DNA of 64,000 nucleotides from a virus (Duplodnaviria; Caudoviricetes): IMG/VR virus record IMGVR_UViG_3300031998_000076, positions 1,391 to 65,390 of that record; one strand, 5' to 3'. Shown piece by piece: positions 64,000 to 64,000 of this stretch (position 1 is its first letter; each line of letters starts with the position of its first letter). The notes under the pieces were generated by a model. It saw only the letters and a program-made list of their open reading frames with translations, ran no database searches and was not told where the DNA came from. The position numbers and the translations under genes were made by a program.

Positions 64000-64000
64000 T

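Overview
This window is most of a temperate, contractile-tailed (myovirus-like) phage genome. Gene content and Shine-Dalgarno usage point to a Firmicutes/Clostridia host (inference). It is in the excised configuration: a 3'-half tRNA-Asn(GTT) attP core flanked by arm repeats lies just after the integrase, with phage genes on both sides. Almost all genes are on the minus strand; cI and int are on the plus strand. Order along the window: Dam-like MTase (partial), small genes, ArpU-like activator, SSB, DnaB, replication initiator, NinB/ERF/Gam recombination genes, cro/cI/int/attP, about 16 small 'early' genes behind three near-identical promoters, accessory virion genes, lysis, baseplate/tail, head (DUF2184 capsid, DUF2213 protease-scaffold), an 11.6-kb effector array, MuF, portal, terminase, C5-MTase and two ParB-like genes. 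The standout is 43.8-56.9 kb. Five large stand-alone proteins between MuF and the head protease all carry the same 21-aa Gly-rich tag, DGG(P/K)GSGN(F/H/W)GH(K/A/R)GRPG(K/S)(V/R)GGS. There are six full copies plus a partial copy in the portal's C-terminal extension. Each tag precedes a different toxin-like domain: zeta kinase, papain-like Tox-PL, HExxH peptidase, R-S-E ADP-ribosyltransferase, CdiA-type nuclease and PARP-like ART. Three are followed by small candidate immunity genes and one by a candidate antisense RNA. The best reading (inference) is a head-packaged, protease-matured, tagged effector arsenal. Domain names come from motif recognition by eye, not from database searches, and novelty could not be checked.
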